Shown: positions 1 to 8,426 of the stretch, in pieces
How the letters are laid out: the number at the start of each line of letters is the position of its first letter
Position numbering within the stretch: position 1 is the first letter of the stretch
Assembly (NCBI GenBank): GCA_937879955.1
Contig: CALFMK010000001.1
Coordinates: 201,578 to 265,577, forward strand
From: an uncultured bacterium
GTDB lineage: Bacteria; Patescibacteriota; Minisyncoccia; Phycocordibacterales; Phycocordibacteraceae
Length of the DNA: 64,000 nt
Direction of reading: 5' to 3'
Made by a program: the position numbers and the translations under genes
Notes under the pieces: generated by a model
What the model was told of the DNA's origin: nothing
The model's input: the letters and a program-made list of their open reading frames with translations, nothing else
Databases searched by the model: none

Positions 1-794
1 ATCTTCTTCGCGACGACGCGCATCTTTCCTCCCTTCTGGGCGAAGAAGTTCGCCTTGTCCTTGTTGTCCTGGATCTTCTTCGCGAGCTGCGCGTTCTTGC
101 GGTTCTCGCGCTCGATGCGGGCGGAGATCTCCTTGAGGAGGTCGTAGTAGTTACCGACGTACTGCTCGATCTTCTTCGTGTGCACGTCGAGATAGAGGAC
201 GCCCGTCGAGAACGTGTTGAGGAACTCCGCGTCGTGCGAGATAACCATCACCGTCTTCTCGTAGTTGAGGAGGAACTTCGTAAGATGCTCGATGCCTGCG
301 GTGTCGAGGTTGTTCGTCGGCTCGTCGAGGAGGAGGAGGTCCGGGTCCTGGATGAGCGCGGACGCGAGCAGGAGGCGCGCCTGCTGGCCGCCGGAGAAGC
401 TCTTCACGATGCGATCCTTCGGCGCATGCAGGTTCACCACCGCCAGCACGGCGTCTATCTTCGGGTCGATGTCGTACACCTTCTCCGGAAAGCGCTTCTC
501 GAAGAACGCGCGGACCGTGAGCTCGCGGTCCTCCGGCGCGATGGTCTGGCTCGCGAGCGCGACCGACGTGCCGCGCGGGATGAGGATGCGGCCGCTCTCC
601 GGCTTGTACGCGCCCGTGATGAGCTTGAAGAGGGTCGACTTGCCGGCGCCGTTCTGGCCCATGAGCGTCACCTTCATGCCCTTGCGCAGCGAGAAATCGA
701 CCTCCGTGACGATCGGATAGTTGTGGCCGTAGTTGAACGACACCTCCTCGAAGCGAAGGACCGCCTCCTGCGGTCCGTTGGTATTCCCTGCCAT
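1..794 (-). CDS. ABC-F family ATP-binding cassette protein (N-terminal part; gene continues beyond window start)
   Basis: Minus-strand translation from ATG at 792-794: MAGNTNGPQEAVLRFEEVSFNYG..GQNGAGKSTLFKLI (Walker A), LSGGQQARLLLASAL (ABC signature), LLLLDEPTNNLD (Walker B). The + strand ORF 180..860 is its antisense. Confidence 0.85.
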   Translation of the reverse strand, partial: MAGNTNGPQEAVLRFEEVSFNYGHNYPIVTEVDFSLRKGMKVTLMGQNGAGKSTLFKLITGAYKPESGRILIPRGTSVALASQTIAPEDRELTVRAFFEKRFPEKVYDIDPKIDAVLAVVNLHAPKDRIVKSFSGGQQARLLLASALIQDPDLLLLDEPTNNLDTAGIEHLTKFLLNYEKTVMVISHDAEFLNTFSTGVLYLDVHTKKIEQYVGNYYDLLKEISARIERENRKNAQLAKKIQDNKDKANFFAQKGGKMRVVAKK

Positions 795-837
795 AGTCTT
801 CCTATTCTACACTATTTGTGTCGTATTGATAAGCGCT

Positions 838-1356
838 TTACGGGATGTCTCCAACGATAACCGTCATGACGCCGGGGAATGTGGTAGGGCAATCCTGGTG
901 CTGGACCTGCGCGTCCGTGTTGTACGAGATCAGCACCATCTTGCCTGCGCACGCGGTGCCGGTCTGCGGACTGTTGAGCCAGGCGCAGGACGAGCCCGTC
1001 GCGCCGCAGTTCGAGAACTGGAAGTACCGCCAGACCGAAGGTCCGGCCTGATTGCTCACGGGATCGAGCGGCAGGTTCGGCATGTACGGCGCAAGCGCCG
1101 ACTTGAACCCGGCCGGCCAGTCTCCCGTGCTCGTGTTCCCCGTCGGAGGATACGTGCCGTTATTGTCGAGCATGTAGAGCGAGATCGCGTTCCGAATCTG
1201 GGTAAGCGACTGGATGCGCTGGGTATCGCGCGCGCGAGCCCGCGCCGTATTCAAGGAGGCGAGGATGACGCTCGAGAGGATGCCGATGATGGCGATGACC
1301 ACGAGGAGCTCGATGAGCGTGAAGCCTCTCTGCGAGGACATGTCGCGACGGGTCAT
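838..1356 (-). CDS. type IV pilin / pseudopilin-like protein (prepilin N-terminal cleavage-methylation motif)
   Basis: N-terminus MTRRDMSSQRGFTLIELLVVIAIIGIL matches the class III signal peptide G-F-T-L-I-E plus hydrophobic helix. True start may be the internal MSSQ. Confidence 0.8.
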   Translation of the reverse strand: MTRRDMSSQRGFTLIELLVVIAIIGILSSVILASLNTARARARDTQRIQSLTQIRNAISLYMLDNNGTYPPTGNTSTGDWPAGFKSALAPYMPNLPLDPVSNQAGPSVWRYFQFSNCGATGSSCAWLNSPQTGTACAGKMVLISYNTDAQVQHQDCPTTFPGVMTVIVGDIP

Positions 1357-1379
1357 GGGAAAAGTATACCCTATGCGAA

Positions 1380-1941
1380 TCAGCGGCTCTCTCCTTCGAA
1401 ATCCTGCACGACCTCGCCCAGCTCGAGCGTGACTGGATCGAGGAGAAGACGGATACTCTTGCCGGCACTCGGGTCTCCCGCAATCGCATAGTTCACGACG
1501 ACGCTCCTTCCTTCGCCTTTCTCTGTGGTCTGTGGCGCAATGTCTTTCCCAAGAAGGACTGCGTGCGATCCCGTGTATCCGCCGTCACTCTTGAGCGCGG
1601 CGACCGCGTAGAAGAACACGCTCCCGTCAGCCGTCTCCTGCGTAACCAGGAACACCGCGTCTTCCGTTCCGTTCCCGTCGACGTCCTGCGTCACCTCATT
1701 GCCGAAATACCGCACCGTGCTCATACCACCTCCGCCGAGGGTCGTGGTCACCTGACCGACACCACCCGCTAAGGAGACCGGCTCTCCGCTCATCGTGAAG
1801 AGAATCTCCTTGAAATCGGCAGGGAGGTCGTCTCCCTGCTTCTCGCTGTAGATATAGGAATTGAGCGCGAAGAAGAGTGCGACCAAGACAGCAATCGCGA
1901 TTGTTACAGTGCCGAGGATCTTCTGCTTAGGAGAGAGCATG
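1380..1941 (-). CDS. hypothetical membrane-anchored protein (N-terminal TM helix, Gly/Thr-rich beta-rich C-terminus)
   Basis: ORF with hydrophobic segment ILGTVTIAIAVLVALFFAL. Same strand, directly upstream of the pilin gene and downstream of the flavoprotein. Confidence 0.45.
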
Positions 1942-1944
1942 GCC

Positions 1945-3189
1945 CTATGCATTCATGCCTGCGACATATCCCGTCGTCCAGCACAGCTGCAGCGAGTACC
2001 CGCCGGTGGGACGCTTGATGTTGAGGAGGTCGCCGATGATAAACAGGTTCGGACAGACCTTGGAGCGCATGGTCTTCATGTCGACCTCCGTGAGCGAGAC
2101 GCCGCCATCCGCCACGACCGCGCGAGAGAGTCCCATGAGACCGGAGATGGTAACCGGAAGCGCCTTCAAGAGCTCGGCGATGCGCCTGCGTTCTTCCTTC
2201 GTCACGCTATGCACGCGCTTGTCGCGATCGATGTTCGGCAGGAGCGCAAGGAGCGCGTCAGCAGTCCCTGCAGGCGCGATGTGGCGGAACACGTTCCGGA
2301 GCTCCTTGTTCTTGTTCTCGTCGAAGACGCCGGCGATCTGCTTGTCGAGGATGCCGAGATCGACCGCCGGATACGCGTCGATGGATGCCGTCACCTCGCC
2401 CTCCTGCATGAGATCGCTGATCTTCCCCGCGTTGTTCAGGATGAGCGGGCCCGAGAGGCCGAAGTGCGTCATGAGCACGTTGCCCTTGATGGCGAACCTC
2501 TTCGCGCCGTTCACGTACACCGTCATCTTCATGTCAGGGATCGTGATGCCGGCGAGCGACTTCACCCACGCATCCTTCACCTTTATAGGGACGATGGTCG
2601 GCGTCGGATCGGTCACAGTGTGCCCCGCGTCCGCGAGCCAGCGGAAGCCGTCCCCGGTCGAGCCGGTCTCAGGATGCGAGACGCCGCCGGTCGCGAATAC
2701 ATAGGAATCTGCGGAATACTCCTTCCCACCCATGAGCACGCTCTTTATAGACCCGCCGCTCACGGAGACGCGCGCGACCGGAAGCCCGGTCCTGATGTCC
2801 GCGCCCTGCGCCTTCACATATTTGTAGAGGGCTGCCGTGACGTCCTCGGCGCTCTGCGACACCGGGAACGCGCGCTTGCGGCCTTCGACCACGATCGGCA
2901 CGCCGATGGACTCGAAGAACGCCATCGAGTCCTGCATGCCGAACTGCGAGAATGGCGAATGGAGGAAATCGGCAGCATCGCCGAAATGGGAGAGGAGCAC
3001 GCGCTCGTCCTCCTCCGCGTTCAGGATGTTGCAGCGCCCGCCGCCGGTTATGGAGAGCTTCTCGCCGAGCTTCTTGTTCTTTTCGATGAGGAGCACGCGC
3101 TTGCCGTTGCCCGCAGCGATGCCCGCCGCCATCATGCCGGCAGCGCCTCCTCCGACCACGATCACGTCGTACCTGTCGCCTGAATTCAT
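1945..3189 (-). CDS. HI0933/YhiN-like FAD-dependent flavoprotein (NAD(FAD)-utilizing dehydrogenase family)
   Basis: MNSGDRYDVIVVGGGAAGMMAAGIAAGNGKRVLLIEKNKKLGEKLSITGGGRCN (Rossmann GxGxxG plus the HI0933 hallmark GGGRCN). ATG at 3187-3189. The upstream in-frame extension in the ORF track is Arg-rich junk. Confidence 0.8.
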   Translation of the reverse strand: MNSGDRYDVIVVGGGAAGMMAAGIAAGNGKRVLLIEKNKKLGEKLSITGGGRCNILNAEEDERVLLSHFGDAADFLHSPFSQFGMQDSMAFFESIGVPIVVEGRKRAFPVSQSAEDVTAALYKYVKAQGADIRTGLPVARVSVSGGSIKSVLMGGKEYSADSYVFATGGVSHPETGSTGDGFRWLADAGHTVTDPTPTIVPIKVKDAWVKSLAGITIPDMKMTVYVNGAKRFAIKGNVLMTHFGLSGPLILNNAGKISDLMQEGEVTASIDAYPAVDLGILDKQIAGVFDENKNKELRNVFRHIAPAGTADALLALLPNIDRDKRVHSVTKEERRRIAELLKALPVTISGLMGLSRAVVADGGVSLTEVDMKTMRSKVCPNLFIIGDLLNIKRPTGGYSLQLCWTTGYVAGMNA

Positions 3190-3221
3190 AACGACACGAT
3201 ACCTCGGAAACGGCAAATCTC

Positions 3222-4487
3222 CTACAGTTCCTCCGCGAGGATCGCGAGGAGGCCCGCCGCGCTCCATGCCTGCGTCCGGCAGGCGCGCTGCCCGGACGGA
3301 CTCTCGTAGTCGCCGAGCTTCTTGTCGTACGTGAAGAGCTCTACCGGCGTACCGAAGTGGCCGTACGCTTTGAGAAGCGCATCCCGTACCTGCCCTGCCT
3401 CGAGCTCGAACCCGGCATAGCGAAGACCCAGGGCGATCATGGCCGTGTCGTGCGGCCAGATGGATCCGTTGTGATAGCTGTTCGCCGAGAAGTGAGACGA
3501 GTCGCTCGAGAGCGTGCGTATGCCGGCGTTCGGCACGAAGAGGTCGTGCTCCATGAGCCGATGCGCCACGCGCCCCACGTCCTCGGGCGCGAGCAAGGAG
3601 AAGTACGATCCGTCGTCGCGGGCTCCTGCCCACAGCACGTGCCCCATCGACGAGCGCGCCGAGGTCAGCATGCGGCCCTGGCCGTCGAGCGCGAACGCGG
3701 GCGTTCCGTTCGGCAGCATGAAGTGCTCGTAGAACCGCTCGCGAAGAGCCCGCGCACGCTCGAGGAGGAGCGCCGCGAGGTCCGGCTCGCTCTCCGCGAG
3801 GAGGAGGTGCCAGACGCTCAAGGCGCGGTACGCGTACGCCTGCACCTCCACCGGCGCGATCGTATACGCCGGCTCGTCGTCACGGTCCTCGAAGAAGACC
3901 GATTCGCCGCTGTCCATCCAGCTCTGTACGCGAAGCCCTCCGCCCGTGCGCTCCGGATGGAACTGATATGCCACCAGGCCGTGCTGATGATCATCCATAG
4001 TCGTGAGGAGCCATGCGAGCGCGTCGCTCACGTTCCCTTGAAGGAGGTCGAGGAGCTCCTCGTCCCCGGTGAGCCGATAGTACTTCTCTACCGCCATGAG
4101 GAAGAGCGGCGTCGCGTCCACGGTGTCATAGTTGCGCATGATGCCGTCCGGATAGAGGAACCACGGATGCTCCTGCTGCGTGAGGTGCTCGTGACCATCC
4201 GTTCGGAACTCATGGATGATCTTCCCCGGCTCCTCGCCGCTCTCGATGTTATGTTCGCGCCCCTGGAGCTTCGCGAGGTTCACGAGGATCTTGCGTACGA
4301 GCCCGACGAGGTAGGGATCCCTCGTCTTCTCGTACACGCGAATGAGAAGCAGGCTCGTTATGAGCGAGTCGCGCCCGAAGATGCAGCCATAGAGCTCCTC
4401 GCGCCCGGACGCGAGGATGCCCTGCTCGGTCTCGAGTTCGCGGACGGCCTTCATGCCGATATCCCAGAGTCCTTCGCGCGTCTTCAT
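3222..4487 (-). CDS. glycogen-debranching-enzyme-like / six-hairpin glycosidase family protein (amylo-alpha-1,6-glucosidase-like)
   Basis: 421-aa ORF with GDE_C-like architecture (WFLYPDG..., acidic catalytic-type residues, (alpha/alpha)6-type composition). Assigned by recollection of family features, not a search. Confidence 0.5.
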   Translation of the reverse strand: MKTREGLWDIGMKAVRELETEQGILASGREELYGCIFGRDSLITSLLLIRVYEKTRDPYLVGLVRKILVNLAKLQGREHNIESGEEPGKIIHEFRTDGHEHLTQQEHPWFLYPDGIMRNYDTVDATPLFLMAVEKYYRLTGDEELLDLLQGNVSDALAWLLTTMDDHQHGLVAYQFHPERTGGGLRVQSWMDSGESVFFEDRDDEPAYTIAPVEVQAYAYRALSVWHLLLAESEPDLAALLLERARALRERFYEHFMLPNGTPAFALDGQGRMLTSARSSMGHVLWAGARDDGSYFSLLAPEDVGRVAHRLMEHDLFVPNAGIRTLSSDSSHFSANSYHNGSIWPHDTAMIALGLRYAGFELEAGQVRDALLKAYGHFGTPVELFTYDKKLGDYESPSGQRACRTQAWSAAGLLAILAEEL

Positions 4488-4530
4488 GCCTTCAGCATAC
4501 GGGAAGGACCTATCGGAATGATGAAGGGTC

Positions 4531-4688
4531 CTAGCGCGTCATCTTGAATGCGGCATAGATGCCGAGCATGGCGCCGAGCGCGCCGAAGATAAGCGAGGAG
4601 AACGAGAAGACGCCCGCGCCCCACAGGCTCGGTATGAAGCTCCCGATGCTCGAACCCACCGTCATGCCGATCCAGATCGCAGGTTTCA
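4531..4688 (-). CDS. small hydrophobic membrane peptide (about 52 aa)
   Basis: Minus-strand ATG at 4686-4688: MKPAIWIGMTVGSSIGSFIPSLWGAGVFSFSSLIFGALGAMLGIYAAFKMTR. Co-directional and tightly spaced between neighbouring genes. Below the ORF-track size cut-off. Confidence 0.35.
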
Positions 4689-4690
4689 TA

Positions 4691-5089
4691 TTATGTCCTC
4701 GGTGCCGGATTCCCTGCCGCCAGCAGGACGCATGCCTTCGCGATGCGTTCTCCCTTCTCGTCAGCGTCCTTCGCTTTCTCTATCCAGCCCACGAAGTCCC
4801 TGCGCGCGTCAGGCGACAGTCCTTTCCATGCGGTCTTTGCTTTCGGCGTGCCTGCGAGCGCCTTGTACAGATTCATCGGCACGATGGCATAGCAGCACGG
4901 ACGGCGCTTTCCGGATGCGAGCTTGTCTATGGCAACCGCGACGCGACGCGTACGGGTCTCGGCCTGTTTCGCGCTCTCTATCCAGCTGATGAAATCCCTC
5001 CGGGAGATCGGCGTGAGGGCCTGCCACTGCGTCTTCGCCTTCGGGTCAGACGCGAGCGCTTTCTTGAGGTCAGCTGGCAGCGTTTCCAT
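4691..5089 (-). CDS. YdeI/OmpD-associated (OmdA-like) family protein with internal tandem duplication
   Basis: Two similar halves (LKKALASDPKAKTQWQALTPISRRDFISWIESAKQAETRTRR / LYKALAGTPKAKTAWKGLSPDARRDFVGWIEKAKDADEKGER) typical of the PF13376-type duplicated motif. Confidence 0.5.
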   Translation of the reverse strand: METLPADLKKALASDPKAKTQWQALTPISRRDFISWIESAKQAETRTRRVAVAIDKLASGKRRPCCYAIVPMNLYKALAGTPKAKTAWKGLSPDARRDFVGWIEKAKDADEKGERIAKACVLLAAGNPAPRT

Positions 5090-5185
5090 GACGCAATGAT
5101 ACCGCAGAGGACGCGGTTAGTTAGCTGGCCGTCTGAACGATGTTAGAAACCTTATGCAATCTATGCTAGTTTCTGTCCAGATGGA

Positions 5186-5542
5186 TTGATGGAGGCTGAT
5201 ATGGGAAATATGGGGTGGGAAGACCTGCTCACGAGAGTTGATTTTGTGGGCGGAGACGTGACCCTTTTTCTGTTTGAGAGAGAAGAGCGAAGTACGCTTG
5301 TTTCTATCACGGCAAAGAACAAGAACCTTTACCTCAACTGCACGAGAACGCATGTAAGGAACAAGCTCAACAACTCCTGGGACTACAAGTCAGATGAAAC
5401 ATCGATAGAGTTCCCCAAGAAAGGTACGGTGATCGAGTTTCTTCAAGACGGCTCGATGCAACTCTCTATTCCTGACCTGCCTATTAAATGCACCCTGCAA
5501 AAGAAAGGTGGTTCTTCGATGGACACAACGCAACTGCAATAA
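5186..5542 (+). CDS. hypothetical protein (lower-GC islet)
   Basis: 118-aa ORF in a locally AT-richer stretch, followed by an intrinsic terminator. Confidence 0.4.
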   Translation: MMEADMGNMGWEDLLTRVDFVGGDVTLFLFEREERSTLVSITAKNKNLYLNCTRTHVRNKLNNSWDYKSDETSIEFPKKGTVIEFLQDGSMQLSIPDLPIKCTLQKKGGSSMDTTQLQ

Positions 5543-5550
5543 GATTGTTT

Positions 5551-5582
5551 AGGCCACCGCATGTCGGTGGCCTGTTCTTTTA
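5551..5582 (+). terminator. Rho-independent terminator
   Basis: aggccaccg-catgt-cggtggcct followed by gttctttt, immediately after the stop at 5540-5542. Confidence 0.6.
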
Positions 5583-5667
5583 AAAGCTTGCTGGCAGTCT
5601 GGGACGATGTTGGAACTTTTAAGAAGCCAGTGGTAAGTTCCGTTCAGAGCAACTGAGGAGAACGCCG

Positions 5668-5910
5668 ATGCCAGGAGGTATCTTGCTTCCACAAGAAAGT
5701 CATATCCTTGGGGAGCGCATAGCTACTCGCAGAAAGGAGAAGGGATTAACGCAGCTACGGCTTGCTGAGAGCCTGGACGTTGAGCGGTGCATGATTAGCT
5801 ACTACGAGACCGCCAAGGTACCCATAACCGTTGAGAAGCTCCTTCTCGTCTGCAGGGTACTTGATACTCCCATATCCTACTTTCTCGAAGGACTCGACCA
5901 CACGCATTAG
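5668..5910 (+). CDS. XRE-family (Cro/C1-type) helix-turn-helix transcriptional regulator
   Basis: LGERIATRRKEKGLTQLRLAESLDVERCMISYYETAK is a canonical HTH_3 motif; 80 aa. Confidence 0.7.
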   Translation: MPGGILLPQESHILGERIATRRKEKGLTQLRLAESLDVERCMISYYETAKVPITVEKLLLVCRVLDTPISYFLEGLDHTH

Positions 5911-5932
5911 TACGCGTGTGGTCTTTCGTTTC
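5898..5932. terminator. bidirectional hairpin terminator (HTH-gene stop codon lies in the loop)
   Basis: ccacacgc-attagtac-gcgtgtgg followed by tctttcgtttct. Sits between the convergent HTH gene (+) and tRNA-Gln (-). Confidence 0.5.
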
Positions 5933-6006
5933 TGGCTGGGAGACTAGGGATCGAACCTAGATTGAGGGCTTCAAAGGCCCCTGTCCTACCATTAGACGAT
6001 CTCCCA
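5933..6006 (-). tRNA. tRNA-Gln (anticodon UUG), CCA encoded
   Basis: Minus-strand cloverleaf folded by hand: acceptor TGGGAGA/TCTCCCA, D-arm GTCT..GGAC, anticodon stem GGGGC/GCCCT with loop CTTTGAA, T-arm CTAGG-TTCGATC-CCTAG, then GCCA. Confidence 0.8.
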
Positions 6007-6136
6007 ATGCGCACCCCGTAATCCTGCCCGCAAACCCCCTCCGTCGCAAGCCTATGCACAATGAGAGGCCAGGACTTTATCAAAATTTTATCTCCAGCGG
6101 ATATAGTTATCAGGTATAAGCCCTATCAGAACTCCC

Positions 6137-6454
6137 ATGCGCGTAACGAAAAGCATCAGCTCCTATATCATCCGCTCGAACAAGTGGATGTTCAAGGATA
6201 CGCCTGAGCGCATCGACTACCACATCGAGAGCGGCGACTACCTCCCGCTTCTCGCTACCATGATGGGGTTCATGGAGGAGGCGCTCCAGTCAAACGACAG
6301 CACCGCGGCGAACGAGAGGAAGACAGAGATCGCCCTCAAGCTCGCGCGTGAGCTCCGCAAGGACCTCCGCTACGTAGGCGCGAACTATCACCTCCTCCCG
6401 CGCGACGCGAAGGACAAGCAGGTTATCCGTTCCGGAAACGTCCTCGCGAGCTAG
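6137..6454 (+). CDS. hypothetical protein
   Basis: 105-aa ORF, no recognisable motif. Convergent with the metalloprotease gene. Confidence 0.35.
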   Translation: MRVTKSISSYIIRSNKWMFKDTPERIDYHIESGDYLPLLATMMGFMEEALQSNDSTAANERKTEIALKLARELRKDLRYVGANYHLLPRDAKDKQVIRSGNVLAS

Positions 6455-7365
6455 AGCTTGCAGGCTTCCTTGAGCGCCGTCACATCGGCGTCCGCGAGCT
6501 CGAACGTGTTGCCGATATTGTAGGAGTACATCACGGAGTCCGGATCGTCCGTATGGTCGAGCCCGAGCGCGTGCCCGAACTCGTGCGCGAGCACCCGCTT
6601 CAGCTCCATGGTGTCATCGAACTCGAATATGGTGATGCGCTTCCCTTTCTCGTCAGCGACATAGTTCCCCTGGTCGAAGTCATGGCCGACCGCCTCGTTA
6701 TAGACGTCGACCTTCGCGTTGAGGCGGCTCGCGAGCGCGTTCAGCTCCCTGACGTCGGACTGTATCGAGTCCGCGAGCGCGTTTATGCGGTCTACCGACT
6801 CGCTGAGGCGGGTACGCATGCTCGCGAGCCGCGCCTTCTCTGACTCGAGCGCCTGATACTCCGCCGGCGGCGCTCCGCCCCGCTCGTTCCAGTACGAGAC
6901 CTTCTCCTCGTATGCGTCCACGGCCGCGTCATACGCGCGCTGCTGCCGCTCATAGCTCGCCGTGGCAGAGGTATAGCGCTCACGGGTCGCGTCTATCTCC
7001 TCTTTCATGTCGTCATACGCGCGCTGGTCCGCGCTGATGTCGTCGCCAATCTTCACGGCCTCCTGACGCTCGTCATAGGCGAGATTCACGGACACCTCGG
7101 GACTCGACGAGACCTCGATGAGAGTCTTTCCAGCGGCCGCGTTCCAGAGCCCTGCGGCGTCCTTCGCGGCCTGCTCGAATGTAGCGCGCGAGATGCCGAA
7201 CCGCGCGTCATACGTGCCTATGGCATAGCGGACCGGTTCCGAGCACGGCTTCTTGAGCGCATCGAGGGAGAATGACGGGTTATGCCCGAGCACCGCGTAC
7301 GCGAGAAGCCCGGCGACCGCGACCGGAAGGAGGTACCTCACGACCGGCTTGAGGGATTCCTGCAT
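6451..7365 (-). CDS. secreted zinc metalloprotease, metzincin/matrixin-like (HExxHxxGxxH) with long coiled-coil insert
   Basis: Signal peptide MQESLKPVVRYLLPVAVAGLLAYAVLG. C-terminal VLAHEFGHALGLDHTDDPDSVMY is the metzincin zinc-binding motif plus Met-turn. Central region is coiled-coil-like (EE..YDA..AYEEKV...). Confidence 0.75.
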   Translation of the reverse strand: MQESLKPVVRYLLPVAVAGLLAYAVLGHNPSFSLDALKKPCSEPVRYAIGTYDARFGISRATFEQAAKDAAGLWNAAAGKTLIEVSSSPEVSVNLAYDERQEAVKIGDDISADQRAYDDMKEEIDATRERYTSATASYERQQRAYDAAVDAYEEKVSYWNERGGAPPAEYQALESEKARLASMRTRLSESVDRINALADSIQSDVRELNALASRLNAKVDVYNEAVGHDFDQGNYVADEKGKRITIFEFDDTMELKRVLAHEFGHALGLDHTDDPDSVMYSYNIGNTFELADADVTALKEACKL

Positions 7366-8393
7366 CAGCGAGAGAGCTCGAGGACCGCGAGCTCGAGCGG
7401 GAGCGACGGGACCGGCGCGAAGCGCATGCGGGCGCTCGCGTCGAGGAAGGCCTTCAGCGTCTCGTGCGTGAGCTTCGAGTCCTTCGCCGTCACGAGCTCC
7501 AGGGCATCCTTCGCCGTATCCTCGCCGAGCTCTTCCTCGATCTTCGCCTTCAGCTCTGGCGCATGACGCATGAGGAGCACCTGGCGCAGGTACTCGAGCA
7601 CGAGCGCGAGATAGAGCGGCATGTCGATGCCCTGCTCGGACACCGTACGGATGGTTGCAAGAGCCTTCTCTGCATTGCCTTCCGAGAGCGCTGCCGCGAG
7701 GCCGTAGACGAGCGCATGGCGCGGAGCGCCGGTTGCCTTCTCGGCGTCCTCGCGCGTGAGCGTCTTGTCCGAGGAGGATGCGAGCGCCTTCTCGAGCACG
7801 GAGAGCGCATCGCGGTACGAGCCGTCCCCGAGCATGCCGATGAGGTCGGCTGCCGCAGGCTCGATATCGTAGCCCTCCTTCTTCCCGACCTCGAGGACCA
7901 GCGATGCGAGGCCGCTTCGCGTCGGCTTCTTGAACGAGAACACCTGGCAGCGCGAGCGCACCGTGTCAGGCACCTTGTCGAGCTCGGTAGTGGCGAGGAT
8001 GAGCACCACGTGCGCCGGCGGCTCCTCGAGCGTCTTCAGGAGCGCGTTCCAGGCTCCCTTCGAGAGCATGTGCGCCTCGTCGAGGATGTAGACCTTCCGC
8101 TCCGAGTTGAACGGCAGCGTATGCACGCTCTCGTTGAGCGCCCGCACCTCGTCCACGCCGTTGTTCGACGCGGCGTCGAGCTCGTAGATGTCGCGCTCGT
8201 CGGTCTTGAGCTCGCGCGCGAAGATGCGGGCGATGGAGGTCTTGCCGAGGCCGCGCGATCCCGCGAAGAGGTACGCGTGCGCCACCTTCCCTTCCTTGAT
8301 CTGGCTCTCGAGCGGCCTCACGACCTGGTCCTGGCCGATGACGTCCTTGAAGGACTGGGGTCGGTATGCGCGGTACAGCGACTGATGTGCCAT
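7365..8393 (-). CDS. dnaX: DNA polymerase III subunit gamma/tau (short form, 342 aa)
   Basis: AHAYLFAGSRGLGKTSIARIFARELK (Walker A), YILDEAHMLS (Walker B), SRC motif TVRSRCQVFSFKKP. Confidence 0.9.
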   Translation of the reverse strand: MAHQSLYRAYRPQSFKDVIGQDQVVRPLESQIKEGKVAHAYLFAGSRGLGKTSIARIFARELKTDERDIYELDAASNNGVDEVRALNESVHTLPFNSERKVYILDEAHMLSKGAWNALLKTLEEPPAHVVLILATTELDKVPDTVRSRCQVFSFKKPTRSGLASLVLEVGKKEGYDIEPAAADLIGMLGDGSYRDALSVLEKALASSSDKTLTREDAEKATGAPRHALVYGLAAALSEGNAEKALATIRTVSEQGIDMPLYLALVLEYLRQVLLMRHAPELKAKIEEELGEDTAKDALELVTAKDSKLTHETLKAFLDASARMRFAPVPSLPLELAVLELSR

Positions 8394-8426
8394 ATGGTGC
8401 CAGTATACCAGGCGGCCCGAAGAGGC

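Noticed and set aside
180-860. 226-aa + strand ORF (and similar long Arg/Glu/Leu-rich ORFs, e.g. 7464-8957 +, 14131-15696 -, 16118-17629 -, 28080-29111 +, 29286-30920 +, 43237-46170 +, 50782-51972 -, 61920-63137 -)
   Set aside because: They are antisense to well-supported conserved genes (ABC-F, dnaX/dus, topA, rel, clpB, gyrA, HisRS-like, tsaD). Their Arg/Ala/Glu-rich low-complexity translations are typical of high-GC antisense frames.
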